Source: Leucoraja ocellata (lineage: Eukaryota). Taken from it: a DNA stretch of 64,000 bases. The DNA is taken from positions 11,966,001-12,030,000 of the forward strand of contig JAWMAR010000008.1 of NCBI GenBank assembly GCA_036785375.1, written 5' to 3'. Positions 24,023 to 35,724 of this stretch are shown here, one piece after another (position 1 is the stretch's first letter; each line of letters begins with the position of its first letter). The translations under genes and the position numbers were made by a program. Under the pieces are notes generated by a model. That model searched no databases, was not told the origin of the DNA, and worked only from the letters and a program-made list of their open reading frames with translations.

Positions 24023-25929
24023 GTGGGGTTTAGGCATGACTGGTGCGATGTGTTGTGGATGGGCTGAATCGACGGGATTTAGTGCGAATCTGGGTTTCAA
24101 AGGGTCCCAGCCTGTTTCGGACGCCAGCGTGTTTCAGGCGGGTGAATCAGCTCAGTGGGGAGTGGCTGTGTTTGTATGGGGAGGGCGGGGGGGAGGGAGG
24201 GCGGTGGGAGTGGGACATGGGGGATGCTCCCGACTTTCACGTCCTCTACAAGGCACCAAAGATGGTGTACAACAGGCGAGGTATCTTTATTTTGGGCGGG
24301 GCGGCGTGTACCCCAGCGTTTGATCAGCAAGACCCTACGGCGAGGCTGGGGTGTGGGCAGAGCAACGGCCCCGGCGAGGGTGAGAGCGGCGGTCTCGGTT
24401 CGCCCAGCCCCGGGAAGGCCGCACCTGCCGTGGAGTCCGCGGGCAGGGGCAGCTGAAACAGCGGCTCTGGTGCCGGAGGTCAGTGGGAACGTGATGGCAC
24501 AGCCTCGGCGACCAGACCGGTGCAGGTCAGGGCGGTGGGTGAGACGAGGAAGCAGAGTGTTCAATCTCAGGCGGGACAATGGGAAGCGGTTGGCAGATGT
24601 GACAAGAGGTGATGTCGAGAAGGCGGCGGGGAGCAGACGGCTCACAGTCGGTGCTGCTGCTGATTTACACCAGGTATTGATCGCCCAGGGACACGCTCTG
24701 CGGTGGCGATGCTCCATCTTCACAACATTTGCACCCACTCATCCATCACAACAGGAACAATAGCAGCGAGGTTGCTGCAACCGAGGGAACCTCCCCGCTG
24801 ACAATGACCCTGACCCTGACCAAACAATGTATCTGTACAGTTACACAGTGACCATCGCCCTGAACGAACGGAGAGGGGTGGGTGCAGCTGGGCACGAGGT
24901 TGTGCCCAGCACTAGTGCTAGACAGTGTTGCAGGTGATGATCCAACTCCACCACCAGCCTCCCGCCACGGACACAGAGCCCAAGCTGGCGGGCCCCAGTT
25001 GCCTGATGCTCTCTGCCCCAACACCACCACGTCTGGGCAGGCAGCCCAACATACTGGCTCTGGGAGGGGGACATGTCTATGTTTTGTATTGGGATGTGTG
25101 TGGAGCTGGTGGCTTGCATTCTCGGATGTCTCCCGAGGAATGTTTTATGGTGCTGAGTTGCAGGGCGAAGTGTTGGTTGAGATGCGATGTTGGTGATGAA
25201 TGCTCCTGCAGGAGCCTGGTGTGTGTGTGTGTGTGTGTGTGTCTAGTCTATCCAGCATTGGCACAGGCTGGAAAAGTCAAAGAGGAGCCAGTCCTGGGGT
25301 GTTGACTCGTATTCCGGTGGGCTTGAGGTTTGGAATGACTCTCACACTTCCTGTTGTGCAGAACACTCTGTTCTTTTAGCTCAAGACTTGTTGGCAAATC
25401 AGGTCTCTGGCTGGACGAATCCACTTCACATTCCAGAGAGATTTCAGCTGTCTGTTTGCAGTCACTGGTTACACCCTCTGCTACACACGCACCACTCTTG
25501 CTCCTCTGTCGTGTTTACACCAACAGTGCATCAGGATAGTTAGTGCTTGCAGAAAATCCTGTTCAGATCAGCTGGTGTGTTTGTGTCAAGCCGTACGTAC
25601 CAACTCTAAGGCGTGTGATGTGTTTGTTCCTGATCCTCTCCTTGCCAGCTGACGTGTCAATGGTGTTGTTATCGAGTTAAGCTGTATGGAAACAGACCAT
25701 TCGGCCCACCACGTCAATGCCAAGCAGTGGGCTCCGAAATCTCCCAGCACTTGACCCGTCGCCTTGAATGCATGGGCGATTCAGGTGGTATCCATGTACC
25801 TAAATGCTGTCAGTGACTCTGCTTCCAGCACTCTCTCTAGCAGTCTGAAGAAGCGTCTCGACCCGAAACGTCACCCATTCATTCTCTCCAGAGATGCTGC
25901 CTGTCCCGCTGAGTTACTCCGGCATTTTA

Positions 25930-27700
25930 CATAGATACATAGACAATAGGTGCAGGAGTAGGCTATTCGGCCCTTCGAGCCAGCACAGCCATTCAATGTG
26001 ACCATGGCTGATCATCCACAATCAGTACCCCGTTTCTGCCTTCTCTCCATACCCCTTGATTCGGCAAGCCCTAAGAGCTCGAACTCTCTTTTGAAAGCAT
26101 CCAGTAAATCGGTCTCCACTGCCTTCCGAGGCAGAGAATTCCACAGATATTTTTGCGACTCTCTCGAGCAGTGTGTTCCAAGTACTCATCATTCTCTAGA
26201 CGAAGAAGGTCCCCCTCACACCCCCTCTGAATTTTGACCCTTTACCCCAAATCTATATCCCCTAGTTTTATCTGTCTCTGACATGGGAATGTTTGCTGCC
26301 TTCTGCCCTATTTATACCTCTCATATTTTATATGGAATAGTCATGCCCCTCTTAACCACCCCTGCTCCAGGGAGAACAGACCCAACCTCTCCAGGCTCCC
26401 CATGATGGAAACATTCCATCCTGGCAACGTCCTGGTCAATCTCCTCTGTGCCCTCTCTGTCACTATCTCATCTTTCCTGTTGTGTGATGAAACATTGGTC
26501 AGCTGAAATGGAACATTGGTCAGTTTTATAAAGTTGGAACATAAACTCCCTGCTCTTGCATTCAACCCTCAACTAACGAAGACAAGCATCTCATATGCCT
26601 TCCTAACCATGTTATCAACCTGCACTGCCCCCTTTAAGGACCTTTGCACTTGAACTTGTTCCTCTCCACGCCCTGAGACCCTGTCATCCACGGAGTCTGC
26701 CCTGGCCTCACTAGTGCTCCCAAAAAATGCACCACGGCAGGTTTGTGAACTGGCTGATCATGCCATCCACATCATTTATATATATATTACAAACTGCAAG
26801 GATTCCAGCACTGATCCTAATGGAAGACCACTAGTTATAAACATGCAATCGCATGGAGAATCCTCTAACATCACCCTACATTTCCTATTGCAAACAAATC
26901 AATTCTGGATCTAATTTACCAACTTTCCCTGGATCCTAAAGCCCTGACATTATGGACCAGCCTTGCCATGGTCCATATCAATAACATTTAATGCCCCATC
27001 CTCATCAATACACGTTGTTACCCCCATCAGGAAATGCAATTAACTTGGCCTGACAACATCTGGCTAGGTCTGCTTTCCCTGTTTCCATGTAATCATTAAT
27101 CCTGTCCCTCCCTCCCAAATCCCTCCTATCATATTAGGTTCACCATTTTCCTGTGTTTTTCGTGACAAGGAGGACCACATTTATCATCCTCTTATAATCT
27201 GGTACCCCATGTGTGTCCAGCCAAGTTGTGAAAATCTCAGCCATAGCCACAGCAATCACGATGTTGTCTCCCATAGCAGCTAAGGATGAATCTCATCCGG
27301 CCATGGGATTTAAGCCCACTGAGGCGTTGAGCACCTCCTCTTTTATTAGTTCCACAAGAATTTCACCTGCGCTGAATCATTTATGAATACAATTGAAAAG
27401 TATTAATTTACGACCCTGCCTCTACCATGTGGCTCCACACACACGATTGTTACTGGTGTCCATGATGGGCCTAACTCTTTCCTTGGTTATTCTTTTATTC
27501 TTAATATTCTGATAAAGCACCTTTGAATTTACATGAATCCTGTACATATCTAATTTTTTTGTGCCCATTGTTTCGCTAAGTGTGTCTTTAAGTGCCCCAC
27601 TACACTATTTTATACTGGGCTCTTCTGACTAGTTCCCAACACTTGGCACGTGCTTCCATCTTCTCTCTATATCTAACCCACAATATCCAGATTCCCGTGT
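25930..27700 (-). mobile_element. Stacked decayed CR1 LINE fragments
   Basis: CR1 3' end at ~25930-26150 (ggctattcggcccttcgagccagcac...gcagagaattccacaga), then degraded RT sequence (minus ORF with TERAQRRLTRTLPG...LERLGLFSLEQ). Confidence 0.7.
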
Positions 27701-29668
27701 ACATGTCTCAGAACACTTTCAGTCTCAGAACACTTTGACCCTGAACTCTCACTATTTCTCCTTTTAGGTAGTGAATTTTGGGGTGTGTTCATGCAAGGCC
27801 TACATGGCTGTCTGTGCTGGTTGTTTCCACTAGATTGCCCTCACTAGTGGGTCTGTGGGGGTATTTGAACAGGTCTTGTCAGCCAGCAGCAACACTTGTT
27901 CCCTTCAGCCTCTATCCACATTGTGCTTCTACAGGTGCCTGTTCACTCTTTATGGTAAGTCTGTGATGAGTTTGCAATAGATCTTGTACACACTCAAAAT
28001 ACGATTATAGAGAATGCAGTCACACTAGCTGGTGGGTATGTGGTACCAGATCTGTGCACTGTGTGCTAGAAAGATTTAAAGGGATATGGGCCAAACGTAT
28101 GCACGTGGTACTAGCTTAGATAAGACACCTTGGTCAGCATGGACTAGTTGCGCTGAATTGCCTGGTTCCATTACCTCTTGGAGTGTATTTCATTATTTTC
28201 CAAGGGCAGGTGAGTCTAGAATTGGAGGGCACAAGTTGAAAGTGAGAGTGAAGAATTTTAAAGGAGATCCGAGGGGCAATATTTTCACAAAGATAGTGGT
28301 GGTTATCATAACGGATGTGAGGAGAAAGCAGGAATGGGGAACTGATTCTGGAAGATCAGCAATGATCATATTGAATAGTGGTGCTGGCTCAAAGGACCGA
28401 ATGACTTACTCCTGCTTCTATTTTCTACGTTTATATAACACTGCCAGAGGAAGTAGTTGAGGCAGGTAGGAAAAACAGCATTTAAAAGACATTTGGACGT
28501 GCACGGGTATGAAATGTTTAGAGCTAAATGGGCCAAGCGCAGCAAAATGTGACTAGCATAAACAGGCATCGCAGCAAGCATAGACGAGGTGGGCCGAATA
28601 GCCTGTTTCTGCGCTGTACAGTTCTGTGATTCTATGCTGGTGTAATCTGACTGTGTTGGTACTGATCCCTGTTCACTAGACTGGCCTATGTGTGATGTCC
28701 CGGTACACACCTTGTTCACTCTCCTCCTCTTTCATGATGTGTCTCTGTGTTTGCACCAGGCTCTGTCACACTTGCCGTGTGATTGTGCCAACTGTATCCA
28801 AAGTGCACAGGCATGTCCCTACTCTGACCTTTGCCCCACGGTCATGATTCCGTCAGCCCCTTATTCTTTGCCCAACGGTTTACTGCTGCTGGCTGACCCC
28901 TCATCATCTGCTCCTCCTCAGTTAGTGGGAGTTCTCCCTCTCTGACATCAGCTCAGCCCCCAATGTCCCAGGGTCACCGGCCTGAGGCCACTAGTTGGAC
29001 ATCATCATTTCTGAGGTCAATGTTCCGGAATCACCATCCTAAGGTCACCAGCCCGGAGTCAACCGGATCACTCTGACCTCTTCCATCAAATGAGACCCAG
29101 AGTCTGCAGATGCTGGAATCTAGAACAAAACAAAGTACTGGAGGCACTCAGCAGGTCAGGCAGCATCTGTGGAGGAAATGGACAGATGGTATTTCAGGTC
29201 AGGGCTCCACACTGAGTGAAGGCTGTGACAAACTTGGCAAGTAACAGGTGGGTAAAAGTAAGAGGGGTTAGATTGGCAGATGAGTCCAGTGATTGGGGGG
29301 GGGGGGGGGGGATAGTGACCAAGTTTGAAAGGGGTTGTGGGGGGCAGTGAGGGGAGAGCAGTGTTGGAGGCAAGGGGTGGGGATGTAGGCAATTTCAGTG
29401 GAAAGTGAGTAGGGTCAGTTTCCTGGTGGGGTAGGGTGAGGGTGGATGAGCAATGATCGCTGAGCTTGGAGGGAGTAGCATCTGAGGAGAGATTGGGCCC
29501 AACTGGTAGTCTGGGTGCTCACAGTGAAGGGTGGGGGTGGGCAGTGTCTTTTCAGCTGCTGTATTTTGTGGAGATGGGAGTCCCTGTAGGGGGGTAGAGG
29601 GGTCTCTGGTGGGAAGGGGTTTTTACAGGGGAGAGGTCTCCACAGGGGAAGGGAGGTCTCTCTACGGT

Positions 29669-29807
29669 CTTCTTCTTCTTTCGTGTGGCGTGCACAGCCT
29701 AAAGTTGTTGGACAACTTGTTCTATTTGATCTTCCGTTTGTGCACGTCGAGTTGATTGCATTAGTCGAAACAGGGCGGTCCACGTGAAGGTTGCAATCTT
29801 CCACCCC
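29669..29807 (-). mobile_element. Short 5'-truncated non-LTR retroposon insertion with (GAA)n tail and 11-bp TSD
   Basis: Minus strand ends ...cgccacacgaaagaagaagaag. ctctctacggt at 29658-29668 and 29808-29818. Inserted in a 21-bp G-rich minisatellite. Confidence 0.8.
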
Positions 29808-30689
29808 CTCTCTACGGTGAAGAGGGGTCTCTGCACGGGGAAGAGGGGTCTCCCGATGGGGAAGAGGGGTCTCTCTATGGGGCGGGTGGTCTCTGGTGGG
29901 GAGGAGGAGGGTCTCTGCTGGGCAGGGTTCTGGGTGATTTCATGTACACGAGGAGCGAGGCGGAGGGGCCGGGGCCTGTCCACGCGTCGCTCCGGTGGAA
30001 AGACTTGATTCACAGAACAGTAAGAGTTTAAGTGCTGTGAGATGGGGTCAGCACGTAAACTTTTACAGTTGAGAGAGGCAAGTCACACAGTCACTGAGCC
30101 GGACAACAGGCGAGGACCCGGCCCGGACACCAAAAACGGCCGCTGCCCAGACAACGTGTGTGGCCGAAGACTGGACACTGACCCGACTGCAGCTCCGGAC
30201 ACCGGAAACGATCGCAGTTCGACGGCACAGGTAGGAGATACCATCGCACATCCCCCAGGGGCGGACACAGGGCGAAGACCCCTCTACACCGTCCTATCCC
30301 ACGCCCCAGGGTCGGGCAGGGTGAAGCTCCCTCCACACGCTCCGTCCCCTCACACCCTCCTCAACCTCCGCTAATGGTGAGATCGGGGAGAGGAAGAGAT
30401 TTTACTTTTCGAAACGTTATGGACATTTTTCTTGAATTACAGGCTGTGAGGTCACAGGGCGGGACTGCGAGAGCTGGGCGTTTGCAGAGGCTGCGATCTA
30501 GAGCAAAATACAAAGTGCTGGAGCAACTCAGCGGGTCAGGCGGCATCTGTGGTGGTCACGGACATTCGGTACCGTTCTTCGGACGGATTGAAAGAGTCAG
30601 CCGGAATCATGGTACCGCCCCCCCCCCCCCCCCTTCCCTCCCCGCGCGTCCACCCGATCCCCGCCGATGATCAGAGCTGGTGCGGTCTC

Positions 30690-31135
30690 CTCGGTGTGGT
30701 GGGACCACATCCCCCGTGCGGTGAGACCATCTCTCCATGTGGTGGGACCTCCTCTTCGTGTGGGGAGACCACCTCATCGTGGGAGGGACCACCCTCCTTG
30801 TGGTGAGGCCATCTCTGGGTGTGGTGGAACCGCCTCTCGGTGTGGTGGAAGGGGGTGGTGGCACCTCTCCGTGTGATGGAACCACCTCTCTTCCGTGATG
30901 GGACCATCTCTAGGTGTAGGGGACCACCTCTCCTCTAGGTTTGGTGAGACCACCTCTCGGAAGAAGTGTCTGAAGAAAGGTCCTGACCCTAAACGTTACC
31001 TATCCATGTTCTCCAGAGATGCTACTTGAGGTACTCTCGCACGTTGTATCCATTTCCCCTTCTAGGGATGATAGGATTACCTCTCGTGGTGGAACCACCT
31101 CTCGGTGTCGTGGAACCACCTGTCGGTCTGCCTCT
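30690..31135. repeat. ~20-bp degenerate minisatellite interrupted by a Penelope-derived fragment
   Basis: Units resembling ggtgtggtgggaccacctctc. Confidence 0.8.
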
Positions 31136-31494
31136 GGGTGGGAGCGACCCAGACTCCAGCGGGCCCGAGTTCCTGGAGGAGCTCAGGGAGGATTCCCCTG
31201 TCTTCATTCCGGCGGTGGTGGCGGCGGCTGGGCTCGACAGGGGCTCTCACCCGACAGTGTGGTTGGTGGCCAGTGACGGAGGACGGGTTCACTGCACAGT
31301 TCTCGGCAGTGAGCGTCGAGTAGTTGAAACGATATGTGGATCGTCCAAGCGGGGAAGGGGAAGGGGCCATACTATGGTCTGGATACATACATTGTCTGAA
31401 GAAGGGTCTCGACCAGAAATGGCAAATTTTCGTTTTCTCCAGAGAAGCTGTCTGACCCTGTCTGAGTTACTCCAGCCTTATGTGTATATCTTCA

Positions 31495-33270
31495 TACTGT
31501 ACCTGATATTGGGCAATAAGGCTGGCCAAGCCACCGGATATTCAATGGGGGAACATATCCCCAGGGATCATAACCCCGCATGACGGTTACGGATGAGGAC
31601 CTCAGAGGAAGTTCTAAATTGTGGGAGGATAATTACAACGGTATTAGACAGTTACTGAGAAAGTTGTTCGGAAGACTTCCATTGTGTAAATCCACATTTG
31701 ACATGTGGGATCCTCATAAAGACCAGGTGGGTGGCATTCAGGACCAGCATTTTCCTGAGAAGATAAAAGATAGAGATAGTAAGCTTGGATGACAAAAGAC
31801 GTTGTATGTTTAGTCAAAAAGGAATGAGAAATGTATATAAGGTTGAGCAGTTGAAATCGAACAAGGCCCTTGAGGTGTATAAAGGAAGCAGGAAAGAAGT
31901 AAGGTATCATGAGAGCTGGATGGAACATGAAATGTGCTTGGCAAGTGGAATTAAGCAATATCTCAAGGCATCTTATACATATATTATAAGTGAAAGGGTA
32001 GCTAGGGAGAGAGCAGATTCATTCAAGGATCAAAGAGATGAAATAATACAGTTAATGACAGGACCCTCTGAAGCAGGGGGATGTACAGGGGGATCTTGGG
32101 GTTCCTGAATGTGGCAACACAGTTGGCCGGGGTACAGAAGGTATACAATAGCTACTTCCCCACAGCCATCAGGCTATTAAACCTGGCTCTGATTATTAAT
32201 AACCCATTTTCTGTTATTTGCACTTTATCAGTTTATTTATTCATGTGTGTATATATTTATATTATGGTATATGGACACACTTATCTGTTTTGTAGTAAAT
32301 GCCTACTATGTTCTGTGTGCTGAAGCAAAGCAAGAATTTAATTGTGCTATACAGGGACACATGACATTAAACTCATTTGAACTTGTACTTGAACGAACTA
32401 CAGCATGCTTGCCTTCATCGGTTGGGTCATTGAGTTGAAATGTTAGCAAATCATTTGGCATAATGTTGTTGAATTGTTGAATACAATTTTGATTAGGCCA
32501 CTTTTGGAGTATTGTGTGCAGTACTGCTTGCTCTATTACAGGAAGGATGTGAAGGCTTTGGAAAAGGCGCAGAAGAAGTTCGCCAGGATGTTACCTGTAT
32601 TAGAGGGTATTAGCCATAATGGGAGGTTGGAAAAACATGGATTGTTTCCTGTGGAGCGTTGGAGGTTGAGGAGAGAGCTGATAGGAGTTTATAACATTAT
32701 CAGGGCATCACAAACATTCACAACCTTTATCCCATGACTAAAACTTGAAAAGCCAGAAGCCAAAGACACAAAACGCTGGAGTAACTCAGCGAGACAGGCA
32801 GCATCTCTGGGGGGAAGGAATAGGTGACGTTCCGGGTCGAGACCCTTCTTCTGACTGAGAAAGGTCTCGACCTGAAACGTCACCCATTCCTTCCCTCCAG
32901 AAATGCTGCCTGTCTCGCTGAGTTACTCCAGCTTTTTGTGTCTATCTTCCATTCAAACCAGCATCTGCAATTCCTTCCTACACAAAAGCTAGAGGCCATT
33001 GCTTTAGGGTGAGAGAGATAGGTTAAAGGTCTGCGGGGCAACGTTTTGTTTTTACACACAGACAGACAGAGTGGTGGGTGCCTGGAATGCGCTGCTATTG
33101 GAGGCAGATATGAAAGTGACGTTTAAGAAGCAACTAGACGAACAAATACATAAGGGAATAGAGGGATATAATGCAAACGTTGGAAGATGGTCTCAGATTA
33201 GATTGGTATCGTGTTCGGTATAGACATTGTGGGCCAAAGGACCCGTCCCTGTGCAATACTGTTCAGCGTT
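31495..33270 (+). mobile_element. Decayed CR1 LINE with nested insertions
   Basis: ORF LIRPLLEYCVQYCLLYYRKDVKALEKAQKKFARMLP...LEKHGLFPVERWRLRRELIGVYNII (CR1 ORF2 C-terminus). Interrupted by a Rex-like 3' end (~32130-32395) and a fold-back element. Confidence 0.8.
32763..32983. mobile_element. Penelope-derived fold-back element with imperfect 15-bp TSD
   Basis: Inverted arms around two opposed hammerhead-like motifs. aaaagccagaagcca (32748) and aaaagctagaggcca (32984) flank it. Confidence 0.8.
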
Positions 33271-33644
33271 CTATGTTCCACCCCCCCCCCCCCCCTCCCT
33301 TTCTTTTCCCCTCCATCCAAACCTTCTCTCCCCTCCCCTGCATCCGTCCCTTTTCCTCTCCATCAATCTGTTTCCTTCCCCTCCATTTGTCCCTCCTCTC
33401 CTCTTCCCCCCAACTCCGTTAAGCCCCCCTCTTGCGTAAATCTTATCCCCTCTCCCCCCTCTATCCATCCTACCTCTCCCCTCCCCTCCAGCCACCCCTC
33501 CTTTCCTCGCCCTCTCCATCCATCGCTCCTACGCTTCCACTTTCATATCCACCCCTGCCCCCCCATCCACTTACTCTCCCCAAGAATGGAGGCTGTGTTT
33601 CCGTGGCCAGGCCCGGTGGGGTCGGGACGGACTCCCTGGCTCAG

Positions 33645-33703
33645 CGACCATGGCTGTAGACTGTTACCACCCCGGACTCACAGTAACGATCTAAAGCCAC
33701 GGT
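33645..33703 (-). ncRNA. MIR132: pre-miR-132
   Basis: Minus strand: 5p ACCGUGGCUUUAGAUCGUUACU (33682-33703) and 3p UAACAGUCUACAGCCAUGGUCG (33645-33666, the canonical miR-132-3p). The arms form a hairpin. Confidence 0.97.
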
Positions 33704-34452
33704 CTCCGTGGGCAGGGCTGGTCAAGTCTCCCACTGCCTGGCCCAGGGCGGGTCACCTGAACCGCACAGTGACTGCACCTCCCACATCACCATTTCACCA
33801 ACCGAACCTCTCGCCACGTACACACCCACTCCAAACAAGGTAAGGGGTTGTGGGAACGGGCCAGGAACAGGGAAGGGGTGAATGATGAGATGATGCAGGT
33901 TGAGGGGAGGAATTGAGTGGATGGAGAAATTGAGGGAGGGTGTATGGGTGCGGTGTGGGCAGGGGTAGGTTGGGGAAGACGGGATGAGAGAGAGGGCTGG
34001 TGAGGATAAGACTGGCTAGGTGAGAATGGCACAGGGTGGGAATGGTGAGGGTGTGTGTGTGTGCTGAGGGGTTGGGTAGATGGGCCGGGATAAGGGTGAG
34101 GGAGAGAGGTGGTGAGCTTGGGAGTGGCTATGTGAGAGTGGGATGGGGTGTGGATGGTGAGAGGGGGGGGGGGGGGGTCGGTGCATGGGGTGGGGATGAG
34201 GGAGCAGGGTCGGTGGGGGACGCGAGGTGTCGACGGGGTGGGGAGGTGAGAGTGGGGTGGCGTGGGGATGATGAGGGTGTGTATGTGTGGACGTGGTGGG
34301 GAGGGGAGAGGGGGGAGGGTGGGCGGACAGGGTGTGGGAGCACGGTGGGTGGAGGACGCGGTGGGGTGGGGAGGTGAGGGTGGTGGCAGTGGGTGCTGAT
34401 GCTTCCCGTAGCACTGAGCGATGGACAGAACGGCGCATCCAAACAACATGGC

Positions 34453-34500
34453 GTACCCATGGCAACATCCGGGGTAACCACGGCAACAGTACACGGTAAC
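34453..34500. promoter_or_regulatory. Tandem RFX X-box-like sites
   Basis: GTACCCATGGCAAC (34453-34466), GTAACCACGGCAAC (34474-34487), then a further GGTAAC half-site. Confidence 0.5.
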
Positions 34501-34978
34501 CAAGGTAGTGGCAGCTCACGGTGTCGCCGCATTCCTTCCCCGGGTCCCTAACGTCGGCGGCCCCGGACCCGCTGTGTTGTGGGTGGGGGGGGGGGGGGGG
34601 GTCGGGGGCTCGTCAGTGACCCTCTGACCCTCACTGGGGGACGGGTCCCACACACACACTGACCCTCACTGGGGGAATGCGACTTGAATTGCAATAACCC
34701 TAGTGCGTCAGGCACTACTACGCCGGGAGGGCAGGGAGCAACGATGGTGTTAAAACAGCCATATAGGTTGCTGCGGGTCGGGAGATCGATCCAGGTTTCA
34801 CGGCCGCCGAGTCCTCGGTCCGAACTACACAGCCGGAGACACCGTGGAGTGAAGCCATGCAAACCGGGTCCATCTGCGATTCAGCAAGACGCCGCCACAC
34901 AGAGGCTCAGTCGCTCAAGCAGCGCTATCTTTTCATCTCACCGCTCTATAACCAATCCATCTCAAATGTCCCAAATCT

Positions 34979-34980
<2 letters not shown>

Positions 34981-35024
<44 letters not shown>

Positions 35025-35284
35025 CCCGTCCCCCAGTGGGGGCCAGTGTGTGTGTGTGACCCGTCCCCCAGTGGGGGCCAGTGTGTGTGTGGGACCCGTT
35101 ACCCAGTGGGGGCCAGTGTGTGTGTGGGACCCGTCCCCCAGTGGGGGCTAGTGTGTGTGTGGGACCCGTTACCCAGTGGGGGCCAGTGTGTGTGTGGGAC
35201 CCGTCCCCCAGTGGGGGCTAGTGTGTGTGTGGGACCCGTCCCCCAGTGGGGGCCAGTGTGTGTGTGGGACCCGTTCCCCAGTAA
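34981..35284. repeat. (GT)n microsatellite followed by a 35-bp minisatellite (~7.5 copies)
   Basis: (gtgtgtgtgtgggacccgtcccccagtgggggcca)n. An inverted copy lies at 34632-34676. Confidence 0.95.
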
Positions 35285-35551
35285 CCGCTGGAGGCGGGTT
35301 TATCTGTATTAAACCTCCATCTAACTGGCCCGCTGAGGCGGGTGGGCGAACGGCCCGGGAGCTGTATGAGGGTCTTGGTGATGCCGGGTCGAGTCGTCCC
35401 ACCCCCGTTGCATTCAGCTGCCGGTCTAGTCGCCCACGTGTGGGGATGGGGGCGGCAGACCGAAGGGGTGTTTGACTGCTCCCGGCGCTGCTCTGCTCTG
35501 CAGGGTCGGTGTGCCCACGGCGGCTCCTACTGCGGCTTGTGTCAGGCTCCA

Positions 35552-35610
35552 GTAGCCATGACTGTAGACTGTTACCCGGTAGCGCACAGTAATCAGTCCA
35601 CAGCCAAGGT
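35552..35610 (-). ncRNA. MIR212: pre-miR-212
   Basis: Minus strand: 5p ACCUUGGCUGUGGACUGAUUACU (35588-35610) and 3p UAACAGUCUACAGUCAUGGCU (35554-35574, fish-type miR-212). Lies upstream of miR-132 in transcript order, as in other vertebrates. Confidence 0.96.
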
Positions 35611-35619
35611 CTCGGCGGC

Positions 35620-35724
35620 TGACGCGCTCCCTCTGACGCAGGCGGGGGCGGGGGGTAAACCGCTCGCACATCCACGGCCTGACGCAGCGACTCTCGGCCA
35701 ACCGGCGCCTCGCTGCCTCCGTCA
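35620..35724. promoter_or_regulatory. CRE half-site cluster and EGR site just 5' of pre-miR-212
   Basis: TGACG at 35620, 35634, 35680; CGTCA at 35720; GCGGGGGCG at 35642-35650. The locus is a known CREB target in mammals. Confidence 0.65.

Noticed and set aside
23700-33600. miR-22 or a myomiR as the product of the MEF2/TATA promoter
   Set aside because: I found no matching mature sequence or convincing pre-miRNA hairpin on either strand.
35021-35284. 35-bp direct-repeat array superficially like CRISPR
   Set aside because: No unique spacers, no cas genes, and a vertebrate context: an ordinary minisatellite.
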